Source: Amoebophrya sp. A120
Lineage: Eukaryota > Protista > Dinoflagellata
Assembly (NCBI GenBank): GCA_905178155.1
Contig: CAJINV010000003.1
Coordinates: 5,981,985 to 6,045,984 of the forward strand
Direction: 5' to 3'
Length of the DNA: 64,000 nt
Part shown: positions 23,161 to 34,399 of the stretch, piece after piece
Layout of the letters: each line of letters begins with the position of its first letter
How positions within the stretch are numbered: position 1 is the stretch's first letter
The notes under the pieces: generated by a model
What the model was told of the DNA's origin: nothing
Databases searched by the model: none
The model's input: the letters and a program-made list of their open reading frames with translations, nothing else
Made by a program: the position numbers and the translations under genes

Positions 23161-26100
23161 TATGAAGGGAGAATCGACAAAATTCAACCCCCCCGGCCTC
23201 TGGCTAAAGCCAGCGAGGGCGCTGGCTAAAGCCAGCAAGGGCGCTGGCTAAAGCCAGAACACCACCACAGGCGGCCGGATGCTTTTTGGTAATCGCGCGG
23301 CCTGTCCGATGAAAAATTTTCGTGGTCACAGAGCCGCCCGAAACGGCGCTCTGTGATTTTCTCTATCACAGGATCCCGCGCGAAACAGACGCGGCGTGCC
23401 GAAACTTTGCGGCCTTTCTATTGGGGCGGCAGTTCGCCGGGCCACAATTGAACGCGTGGGCCTCAGCGGAAATGGGGCGCGCCCCCACAGACGGCCGCAC
23501 GCAATCGCGAAAAGGGACTGGGCGAACTTGATACCCAAAAACCCCAAAGGGCGCCAACGGTATCGGGCCCCGCTGGGAAATGTTTTGCACAAATTGCGCA
23601 GCCGGTTCGGCGATTGGGCGCTGCGGGTTTTTCTCTTCTGCAACAAAATCGAAGAAAATTTGCGCAGGCAAGCCAACGTGGCAAGCCCGCAGAAGGTGCG
23701 CCCGGCTTTTCACGGAGGCCACACCATGGGGCCCCGCGCGTCCTGCAATCCCGATACCCCACCCCAGCCCCCCCTGGCCCTTTCTGCTTTTCCCCGGGAT
23801 TACATAACCGGCGCTGTAAAGCCTGGCCCGGGCGCTCCCGCGTGTTGACTTCTGCCGGCGCCCCTGCCTTCTTTCCTTTTTCGTACAATATGAGTCGCGG
23901 GGGCGCCAATCTTGCCACACAATATCCGCAAACCCACAACAAAGGAGCGGGCCCACTGCAAAACAATTCAAGGAAATCTCGCGCGCACCTCGCGGGCGCG
24001 ATTGCGCACCCTGGGGGGCTTGGCCATACCCCTGCGGGGCGCGCGTAATTTCTCTGCCGGGCCTCGTTGCAGCTTTTTTCGATTTTTTGTCGCCCGGGTT
24101 TGCGACCCCCACACGCAGATTGACCCGCCCCGGGCAACGGGAGGCGGGGCAACCAGACAAACCCTCCTCCTTTCCTATGCGTGTCCGCCGCCCTTCTTGT
24201 TTGCTGACCCCACCCATTGTTCGCTTTTTCCCCTGGGCCTGCCCGGGCAAAAAAAACAGAGTTAGGAAGCCGGCAAGGGTGGGGACGCAGGCTGCCGCGC
24301 GCACAACACAATCCCAACCAGTCAGCAAAAAACCCGCCCCGTCGAAGATAGGGGCGGAGGCGACCCGGGCCCACACCACCGCCCCCCTCCGTCGCGCAAA
24401 CACACGCGCGCGCCCGCCGCGCCGCCGGCCCTCCGTGCGCCGCCGGCTTCTTGGTTTTATTTTCGGTGGGGCGCGCCCTCCACTCGGCGAAAAAAAAAAC
24501 AAACAAGCGAAGCGCGCCGCCCTTCCTCCGGCAAAGTAGCTCCACGCGCCGGGAGTTGGGGCCGGCACGAAAAGCCACAGGCGCGCGCCCCAACAGGGCG
24601 CGCAGGGCGGCGCCTAGAAGTTGGGGCCTCGGAGCAGGCGGCGGGACGGGGTCGATGAAATAAAACATACACAGGGCGGGCGAAAGGTGGGCGCGGCAAC
24701 CAAAAAAGGGGCACACAGGAATGGAGCCCGGGCGGGTGGCTACCTTCGACGCGGCCCACCAAATGCGCGCCAGAGATTTCCGGGCCGGTGGTGCCGCCAA
24801 AGCCGCGCGACCGAATGAGACACCCCGGCCCCCCGAAGACTCCCGGCGCCACCCTGCCACCCGCCCGGAAGACGGGTGGTCCAGCAGCCTCTAGGCAGCT
24901 GCACGCACGGGACGGGGGGGCTGTTGAAAAAGAAACGACGAACCACATGCAGCATCGTTGCTGCCCCCAATCATATGCTTGCCACGCAACCTGCGAGGCG
25001 CGGGCGCGGCGCACTAGACGGCTTGGGCACCCTTTACCACCAAGCCACAACAAAAATAAAGGGGCGCGGGGAAGCGCGCGGGCGAGCCCAGTTTCCCCGG
25101 TCGGCGCTAGGGTTTCACCCTGCCCGCTGCTCCGCTTGGGCGCGGCAGCCCGGGTGGAAACCACACAAGACCCATCGCGCCCGGCCCCCAAGCCTTTCCC
25201 CGAAGCGGCGCGGGCGGCGCGCCGCGCGCGGGCCGGGAGCCACAAAGCAGGGGGCGCGACAACCCGCGACCCAAGGGAATCACCCCCGCCCCGCGGCCGC
25301 GCTTCCAACTTCCCAGGGCTGGCTTTTAGCCCCCAGATTGATTCCGGAGCCCCAGACCGATTCCGGAGTCGCCCCGGGGGCTAAAAGCCAGGGCCCAGGG
25401 GAATGGGGACCGAGCCCGGAGGTATAAAAGCTCAACGCAAATCCGACAGGGGAGGCGGGGCCTTTGGGCGCAAACAAGGGGGCGCCCGAAAGAAACTACC
25501 CCCGAAACGCAACGGACGCGGAAATGGATGCGGGTGCAACCAGGCGCCCTCCTAGAGGCCCGCGCCCATCAATCTATGTGCTAGGAGGCCCGCCGCCCCA
25601 TACAGCGCCACTACTCTCTCACGCAACCCAAAAAGCCGACCGACGCAGCGCGCTGCGGCCTTTCGGGCATCTTCTTTGTCCCCGGGGCGGAACCAAGGAG
25701 GCAAAGGCCACGGGAGGCGGGCGCGGCCGGCAGGCGGTTTTCCGGCCAAGGCGCCGAGGGCGGGCGGGGGCCGCCACCCGTGGCCGACTGCCCTGGGCTG
25801 CCCGGCGGGGCTCGGCCGAAGGAATCGGGCGCCTGTGCCGCCGGAAAACAGAATGAAACAGAAACAAAAAATGCAAACGCTGCTGGCTCGGCGTGCAAGG
25901 GCGTCGCGGGCTTGCAAAAAAACAAAGAACTGCTTCGCCGAGCCCTTCCCCCGGGCTTTGGAATACCAACAAGGACGACGCCGGGGCAACCAACGAGCAG
26001 GGGCCGAAGCGCGAACGCTGCGAGCAGGGCCGGCGAAGAGTTGGGAACTGGGCAGGAACCAAAGGGGGCGCCACCAGGCGACAAATAGAACGAGGGCCGC

Positions 26101-27596
26101 AAATGGGCCGCTGGCCCCCACGGTACACACGCAGAGCCAGATAAAAGCTGGGCGCGCGGCTGCAGCGCGGCGCGCTTCTGTCAAAGAACTCCAAGGGGCC
26201 CGGGGCCTGCAAGCAGGAGACGCCGTCAGCAATAGCGGTCAGAAGCTGCAGCAAGGAAGGCCAGGCGAAAAGAAGGCAGGGAGCCGAGCCACACCGAATA
26301 AAGCATAAGCAGAGCGCAAAACTTCCAAAAGGAGGCAAACACGCGCAGCACCTGCGCGCAGCCGGCGCACTGCTCTGGCAAATCGCCGCTGCGCTCCTTT
26401 TGGATGGTTCTCCAATTTTTTGTCGCAGGATGCGCGGCTCCACGCCACATACTTTAAGGGAGGCAGGGGACGAGACAGGCACAAGACGGGCGCAGGCACA
26501 AACGAAACTAAAGAAAACCGGCGCCGCTTTTCTTGAAAAAAGCAGAAGCAAGGCTGGCCGGGGGCGACGGGAAACGCGGAGTCGGGGCAACAGGAGGGCC
26601 GCGCGGCCATTGTGCGGCGGGCCACAAAAAAGCCGGGCGCGTGTTCCACGTACTGGCTACGGTTTGCGTCCCGAGGTGTTTTTCTCCTCTTCTTCGTTCC
26701 CCGAAGAAAAAAACGCGGCGCCATCGCTTTGGGGCTGGTGCGCAATTTTTTCGCGTTCGGCTCCAAAAATCCGGCCCAGCGCCTTTGTAACAGGGGCCCC
26801 CCCCTGGGGAAGCGTGGCCTGCACCGAATGGCATGCCTCCCGGGGCCGGCTGCTCCGGGCGGCGGGGGGTGCGCGAAAAAAATTCAGAAAACACGGACAC
26901 CGCCGGCACGCCGCGTCATTCTGCGCCTCGCCCACTACTCCACCACGACTCCCAATCATTCTCTCATACCTTCTGGCCCCCCGGCCGAGTCCACCCTACG
27001 CCCGGCCCAGCGCGCGGGCGAGCCTTTTGCATCCGGCGGGCCCACGCCATTTGTTAGAGGGGGCGCGCACGCCAAAAGGGCATGGCCGCCCCCCGCCGGC
27101 GGGCCCTCCCGGCTTGAAGAGGCGACCGCGCCGTCGGGGATCCTGACTGAAAAATCCACAGCCGGGCCTGTCTTGTTCGGAGCAGGCCAGCCGGGCTAGC
27201 TTCCCGAAGTGACACTGTCTACACCCAAAGCGGAAATGGGCGCTCCGGGAAAAAGCGGAGCGCGCATAGAGAAAACTGGCTCGGGCCTTTGCGCCGAACG
27301 GCCAACCACCTGGGGTCTCAACCTAGTGCCCACTATGTGCGGGCGAATGTTGAGACGACAAGAAACGCAAGCAGTCCGCAAAATTCTAGCGCCTAAAAAT
27401 GCAGCGAATCCGGCGCCCACTCCATGTTCTGCGACCTTTTCGTTGGCGTTTGCGGCGCATCGGTTGGGATGATTTTCCCTGTTCAGAAGTTGCTATCGAT
27501 GCGGAAGAAAATCCCGCTTCTCTGGCTTTAGCCAGCGTTGCCGCTGGCTTTAGCCAGATACCGGGGGGGTTGAATTTTGGCACTTTCTCCGTCCCT
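23161..27596. mobile_element. 4.4-kb TIR DNA transposon-like element with 9-bp TSD (Mutator-like TSD length)
   Basis: TSD AGACCTAGT at 23152-23160 and 27597-27605. TIR core CAAAATTCAACCCCCCCGG is followed by arrays of CTGGCTAAAGCCAG (3 on the left, 2 inverted on the right). No transposase is recognisable in the noisy GC-rich interior. Confidence 0.85.
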
Positions 27597-27732
27597 AGAC
27601 CTAGTCTTGTCATGCCAGACAACCGTGATAGCCTCTTTTTACGAGATGTGATTTCACGCACTAGGGGCCGCGTATGACAAGTTTTTCTGTCATGCGAGAC
27701 AAGTTTGTGATGCTGCTGCTCATCCACGGAAG

Positions 27733-28611
27733 TTACACTACACACAGTTGCTTTTCTGGATACTCGCCGTGGTCACGCGTCGCCAGTCCCGGAGGTGTCC
27801 CGTCCATGCTGGAGGCCGCGGAACCACCGTGGCAGGATCTAGTCGCCATTGCTTCGGGCATGATGTCTAGCCTGGAAGAGGTGGCAGGGTGGTTGGGTAA
27901 AAATTGCTCACCGTGCTGCTTTTGGACAAAGTCAACTACATGCTCTACTTCCGTAGTACCACGAACAAGCCGCGCTGCTCGAAAACACTCTCCTTCCGGC
28001 GGCAGTGCTGGATACGATGCGGTAGTTGTGTAACGGGAATCGAATTCTTCTCCTCCTCTGGCCGAGTGATGTAGTCTTTGTTCATCTATGAAGCCGCCGC
28101 GTCGTCCGCCTTCTTCGCCACCTGTTCTCGTCCCACAAAACAAACTCTCGCTCGTCGTGGTCGTGCCCGGTGACTCCGCGCTCCCGGAGAAGGAGGCATC
28201 TTCGACACCATCTTCCCCTAGCACAGGTGGCACTTCGGTAGATGACAGAAGCAAAGTACTAGGTACTACGTCGAGCTCCTCCTGTAGTTCTACTGCAGCA
28301 ACAGGTCCGGCGCCTTGCAAGACTTGCTGCAAGACTTGCTCACAGGTCCGGCGCTGTTGCTGCAAGACTTGCTGCAGCTCGCGTCGTGCGACCTGTTCCT
28401 CGGAGGACCAGAAAGGTGAAGAAACAGCAGACGAAGGGGAGCAGGAGAGACTAGAAGTATAATATGGTGGCCAACACGGACTAGTGCCACAACTTCCCGG
28501 ACGGGCAGCAGGAAGCGGTCCTGGAGGGGATGACCCACTGGTGGTGCTCCTGCGTCTATGCTGTGCAAAAGTAATATCGCAGTCGCATTCGTAGTAATTG
28601 CAATCACGCAT
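27733..28611 (-). CDS. Orphan protein exon (Ser/Pro/Gln-rich)
   Basis: 292-aa ORF with the same compositional style as neighbouring genes. It ends in intron-like sequence carrying TGTCATGC motifs. Confidence 0.5.
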   Translation of the reverse strand: MRDCNYYECDCDITFAQHRRRSTTSGSSPPGPLPAARPGSCGTSPCWPPYYTSSLSCSPSSAVSSPFWSSEEQVARRELQQVLQQQRRTCEQVLQQVLQGAGPVAAVELQEELDVVPSTLLLSSTEVPPVLGEDGVEDASFSGSAESPGTTTTSESLFCGTRTGGEEGGRRGGFIDEQRLHHSARGGEEFDSRYTTTASYPALPPEGECFRAARLVRGTTEVEHVVDFVQKQHGEQFLPNHPATSSRLDIMPEAMATRSCHGGSAASSMDGTPPGLATRDHGEYPEKQLCVV

Positions 28612-28694
28612 GAAAAAGTAAGCGACGTCTTAGGCAATTTATTAGCAACAAATTCCATTTGGATTTGCCACGCTGAGCAAGTTTGTAAATGCAA

Positions 28695-31441
28695 TTAGAA
28701 GTCCGATGCTTCAATAACTTTTGCGAATTCATAGCGTCCAGAGTCCGCCGTTTCTTGGATCCTGATTGGTTCTAAAACATCTTCCGTCCTCGGGCGGAAG
28801 CGCAGGAGGGGTCTGATCCATTGAAACCGCGCATGATCCCGCCCCAACTGAGGTTTTTCCCCGCAGCTTATCGCACGAAAAAACTGCTTGACTTTCACTG
28901 CGATGATTTTCTTGCAGGATTTGCATATACAACTTTGCTCATTCGCATGCCAGGAAAAATCTGCCACGCGTGGCTCCTCAAGCACATCACGGGCAAAACT
29001 TAACAGTCTTGCATTTCTAGCAAGCCAAGCGCTTCTGCCGCAGCGCAAGTTGTTCACAGTGAAACTACACTTTTTTCGTACGATACCGCTCTTCTGCCGG
29101 ACTGCATTGTCGTTCTGCTCGTGCAGTACTCCCGCTGTTCGGACGTGTCACGTCCAGTGTAAAAACGTCCCCGCCCTATTTTTGTCATAAAGATGATCTC
29201 CATGCCCAGGGTGTCTCTCATGTGCACCCCCATGGCAGACGTTCATCTGTATATGGTGTTTGGAAATTTCAATTTGTCTATTAAACCGACGCGCCTTGCA
29301 TGTTGAGGCTCCCCTTCCGCGAATAGTCGGGCGTCCAAAGCGCGGAGTCAGACGGACCACAAGGGCCATCGTCATCAGCCTCGTCATGCTCAAATCAGAA
29401 AAAGAAGGCGGCGTAGTGATGCGTCCGCGCCGCAAGCTACACACAACTACGCTGCGGCCCCAAACGTGTCATGCGCGTCTCATCCCAGAGCTCGTCCATG
29501 ATAACTTGTGTTCGCAGATTTTCCATCTTGACTATGGTCTTTCGGGTGAGGACGTTTTTAAGTACTCAGGATATACCGCTTCTTTTCTTCGCTCCAAGTC
29601 CCCACCTCCCTTTGCTTCTCCGCGTTCGTGTAGCGATGGCTATTAATTTTCCCGTCTTGGTAAGGATACCAGTCAATCTGCAGCGTGACTTGCGGAACGA
29701 ACACTTCTTGCTCACTTCCCTTTGCTGCCAAAGCGCTCGCGGACGAGGAGGTGATGAAATTCGGGACCTCCAGCCCCGGCGTGAGTGGCTGCACGGTCCC
29801 CGCCCGCGCCCCGCAAGTGGCAGAAGCAACTACCGCCCCGGCGTTCGGGACCAGCCCCGGCGTGAGTGGCTGGCGCACGGCTCCCGCCCCGCACGTGGCA
29901 GAGAAAGTGCCAATACCGTACTGGTCCACCTCGGGCCGCTGTTGAGAAAGGTGCTGCGCCGGCGCACTGCCGCTGGCAACTCGTTCATCGTGAGGAGGTG
30001 GCACAAGACGAGGACCACAGGCCGCGCCTGGGTTAGGACGCTGGGCCTTTTTACTATCTCCACTTACAACATTCGAGCCCCGGAACAGCATCTGCAGGTT
30101 CGCTGTAGCTTTGCTGGAGGCCGAGGATGCAGCTTCGCACGAGGAGGAAGAAGCCATAGCACCTCCGTTGCCGCGTCCCGCCGATGGAACATCTACGATT
30201 TCAACTACTGATGCTGCTGCTGCTCCTTTACTGCTGGAATGATAGAGATAGGACGCTGGCGCTGCGGAGGACGAGGAGCTCTTTTTACTAGTAGTAGAAT
30301 CGGCTGCGTGTTTCTCGCCTCCATCTTCGACTTTTATACTCAAAAACCCGACCATGGTGGGCTTGTAATATTGCAGGTGAGGAGCCCAAGTTGGATTCCA
30401 CCAAATATCCTTTTCACCCAACAGCGTATTCGCCTGATTTTGCAGCTCCTCGTATCCGATGGAAAAAAAACGCACCCACCCCAGAGTCAAGATGGGGAAT
30501 GTCCTACAGAAATCGACGTAGAGCTTTGGGGCGGATCGCGCGTGACAACCTCGGTTTTGTAGTGTAGTTGCGATTAGCCTGCATGTCGGCATCAGAAATG
30601 CACTTTCTTATCGTGATTGGAGCCTCATAACCTTTCAAAAACCTCCACTAGAGATTGATTGTGATGGAGAGTCACACGACACATGATCTGATGTAGTTCT
30701 GGCATCAGCGCAATACTGCATGACAAATATGGCGTGGCACGTTTTCACACAGGATATTTGGAGAAAAGACGAAGTCCCCCGCCCCCGGACGAAAAACAAA
30801 CGACTTTCTCGCTCAGGAACCCGGACTAGCTCTTCACTCCGGCGCAGAAAGACCAGCTCTACTTTGTTCTGCTCAGCGAGCCTACTCACCGCATCCAAAA
30901 ACAGTTTGCAATCGTTTTCCTCGACATTGACCCAAAATTTCGGGTTGAAATGGCCGGTCATAAACTGCACTTGGTATTTGGGCAAGTAGTAGCCTTCGAC
31001 GCCGGGGGAAAACGGTACCTCCGCGTGCAATTTCTCCCGGTTCCAATCCGTCAAGGGTGTGATCACGTTTTCCATTACCTTTCCGTTCAACATTTTGTAC
31101 TTTTGGTCTTTCCAATACTTTCCAATAAAATGGTCGAACTTCCGCGCAGAACGGGCGTGCCGGTGTTTTTCCGTGTTTTTCGTGGGCTCCATATCATTTT
31201 CGAGCCAGACGCCGTGAAAAATTTCGTCGCAGAAGGTGGAGGGCAAACGGGTCTTTGGCAATTCGACGCCTGTACGACTAGCGATCTCGCCTTCCGGATC
31301 CGGCCGGTTGATGACTGAAGCCACCCGGGAGGAGAGGAGGAAGGAAGTCGATGCAGCCGGAACGAGGAAAAGCAGGGGGAAATGGGCGGCTGCTCGGCCG
31401 AGAATGGTAAGGCTTATCGACATCTTCATCTTCTTGACCAT
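28695..31441 (-). CDS. Multi-exon orphan protein with probable signal peptide
   Basis: ORFs 30635..31597, 29558..30592 and 28695..29057 are separated by TIR-bounded segments. The join EEKKRY/VRTAGVLHEQ is in frame. N-terminus MKMSISLTILGRAAAHFPLLFLVPAAS. Confidence 0.6.
29146..29573. mobile_element. Introner-type intron, 428 bp, no clear DR
   Basis: TGTCACGTCCAGTGTAAAAACGTCCCCGCCC versus TATCCTGAGTACTTAAAAACGTCCTCACCC. Exact removal restores the frame. Internal TGTCATGC at 29467. Confidence 0.7.
30500..30756. mobile_element. Probable diverged introner, 257 bp
   Basis: TGTCCTACAGAAA versus TATCCTGTGTGAAA, with GCATGACA at 30718. It spans the gap between two same-frame ORFs. The exact junction is uncertain. 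Confidence 0.5.
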
Positions 31442-34399
31442 ATGACTTGTAGATCTTTCTCGTAAAGGTAGGTTGATAATGATATGACGAGTCAGTGTGC
31501 TCAGTATATCATAATCATTTATGTTATGGTCTTGCAAGGTACATTCGGGGGGGTTCCTTGCTTTTTTTATACGGTAAGTAGGAAAAAGTATCGACACAAA
31601 TCCAAATGATCGCCGTTTGCCAGGACCACGCGTCCTAGCAGGTAGAAAGTATCTTTCGTATAGCTATGTTGATGCTTTGAATCAGCTTCACAGGATTTGA
31701 CAATGCCTCTATAAAAATTAGTTTTTCAGCTACGTACAGGACTGGACGGAATTTTTTTGTTGCAGTCGAATGAATGAGAATGTGGTAGGACTAGGAGAAA
31801 ATGGACGATGCTACTAAACCTAGTCAGAACCTGAAGGAAGCAGAGCATCGTGCAGGCACGCTTACAGACTACTTAGGACCTTTGCTGCCCGCCTCGGGTG
31901 GTCGTCGTTGTAGATCCATTGTGACACTCGTACTACAGCTCGCTATCTTAATCTTTAATATTCTCACGAGGCAGAACCACGAAGACCACTTTCGTCTAGT
32001 ACTTGACCACACAAAAACAGAAGTAGAGATCGTTGTTCATCTTCATGTTCTTGCTATATCAAGCGCACAACACCACTGGACCTATCAGTAGGATCATTCG
32101 GCCAAACTCATCGACATCCAGTTCGTTGCGCTTTAGCTCATTAGAGAACTAATCCTAGCATTGCGCAAAAAAATTTGGAGCCCTCGTCACCGCCCCCGCC
32201 TCCGTGCGCCAGCGCTGGCACTTCTGACGAGGCGCCAAACGGAAAAAGTTCGTTGATGTTCATTGTTAACCAGTACACGACTTTATGTGGTGAGGTTCTC
32301 TGCTCTTACTTTCCTTTTGTCTCTTAGCATCATAAACTGGAAGACGATGATCATAGGTCTCACTATGCACCTCCGGGAAGTAGTCGTAATAGCTTCTGTT
32401 ACAGTTGTTATTCTGTACCTGTAGAGCTTCAAGAAACCGAAGCTCAGTAATTGGCATTTCGCGTCCAGCATATCGATTAAGAAGCGGACCACCAGTGAAG
32501 AGCTGCACACTGTCCTAGTAGTATTGACCAGCATCAACGATCTCAGGTGCAATACTGCATCACTTAAGCCCCACAGTGCAAGAGCAGAAAGAACGAGAGC
32601 CTCCTGTATTTGGCCGGCTCGGATCGCCGACGCTGATCCACCACCTACCACAATGTCGGATGATCTTTTTCTCTGATCAATCTTCTGGAACTCGGGATTT
32701 GCTAGTATGGTCAAACGCAGTGGACGAAGTAGTAGTTAACTACTGCCATGATCTTGACCCTGCCCTGAGCAGACGAGAGTGCCTGGCGATGCAGCTGGGA
32801 AATGCCTCTACTATTGTATTCTGTCGTAAGAGCTCTTGCTCTTCTGTTCTTGTAGTTGACCGAAGTATTTTCATTTCTCCCTATAAATATAATCATGTAT
32901 TGTATAGTATTGCTGACATCTTATACAGCAACCACCGACTACTACCGAAGATCCCAAAAAGGACAACAGACTGCGCAATTCGAGGTGTGTTTGTCATTCA
33001 GCATGAGATGAAACAAGCTTCTCTTCTTCTTTCTCGTGTCGGAAAAGGGACAAGGACAACCGCCACTCAGCTCTTTACCTTCGAACACAGGATCCTCAGC
33101 CTGTCACTTTTGGTAGTGATTTTCCTTGATTTTTTCATTCGCTGCGAAAATCCAAAAAAAATCCTTGCAGTAGGGCGGCAAGCCTTTTTTTTGCTCGGCA
33201 TGGCCCTCCTACGGCGTAGCCCGGTGCCCTTGAAACTCAAGAGCGCCGAGGCAGGTGCTCAACCAAGTCGATTCCCTGTGGTCCCTGACACACGCACGAA
33301 TTCTATTGCAGTGGCAGAAAGCTCAGCTCTAATATGCTGCGAAACAGTTTTTACATCGATTTCCATCTCGTTTCTCTTTGATTTCTTTGATTTCTTCATG
33401 ATAGATTATACAAAGTTGCTGGCGATGAAGAGGGCCTCATGCGACGTCGGCCCCTCTTTCGGTCGCCCAGTCTTTGAGCGCGACACCAGGACACCAAAAT
33501 AAATACATCTTTTGAAGAATTAAGGTTTTGTTCCGAAACGCATGCTGCTTCGTGCTTAGCTAGCAAGAGCTCCTTTAAAACCCTGGACAAATAAACAACT
33601 TTGTGAAGCGGCACAAAAGGAATTCCGTGGAACTCCGATAGAGGACGAAACCGAAATGCACAGGTAATAGTGCAAAACTGCTTTCTCGCTTTCGCGTCGC
33701 CAGCCTATCCCGAGAATAGACTGGAATCATACACTCGGTGGACATAAATCTTTTATATTATATTCTAGAACAGTTAGTTAAGACAGCGCGAATAAATAAA
33801 CGGCCATCGGGTATTCAAATGTCCGCTAAAGTAGCAGGGTTACAGTGATGATACTTACCCCTTTTTCTGCACAGCGTTACGAAGCCGAGCGCGGAGAAAG
33901 ATCCGTCCTTACTCCAGCAGCCGTCATATTCTTATTCAGAATAATATAATAAATAAAGCTAGCGCCCGCATGAATACAATATGGCGAAAGATTCTTCGGT
34001 ACTGCAACAGCTACCAAGGTGAATACAAAAGCAACGACCTTGTGGTATTTTTGAAATGCGAACTCTTCTTTAAAAACTTTTCTGTGCCGACAGATAGAAG
34101 CAGTCCATTTTTCACATCGTGGTGGTTCCCGATAGAAGAAATCCACAAAGTAGACAAAGATTCACCTCGTGGTTAACGCAAGCCCCTCGACGTAAGATAA
34201 AAATCACACACCTTTACAAATCAACAAGTCAGCAGCCTTATCAATCAACTTTATCTTCTGGTGTTTCTTTTCAGCACGGGCTCACATGTCTTTCTATTGC
34301 GCTGTGCTGCTTAGAGTTAGATACAGATACAATGGCATCACATTGAAAAGATAAAGACTCCGAGAACCACGACCCCAGAAAAGAGCAATGCTTGCCGCA

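Noticed and set aside
23322-27199. Many overlapping 100-465-aa ORFs on both strands
   Set aside because: They arise from stop-poor GC-rich sequence. The translations are R/A/G/P-rich with no domain and are likely error-laden.
32576-33502. 308-aa plus-strand ORF
   Set aside because: No recognisable motif, opposite to all supported genes, and the composition is not convincing. The region may be a decayed minus-strand gene.
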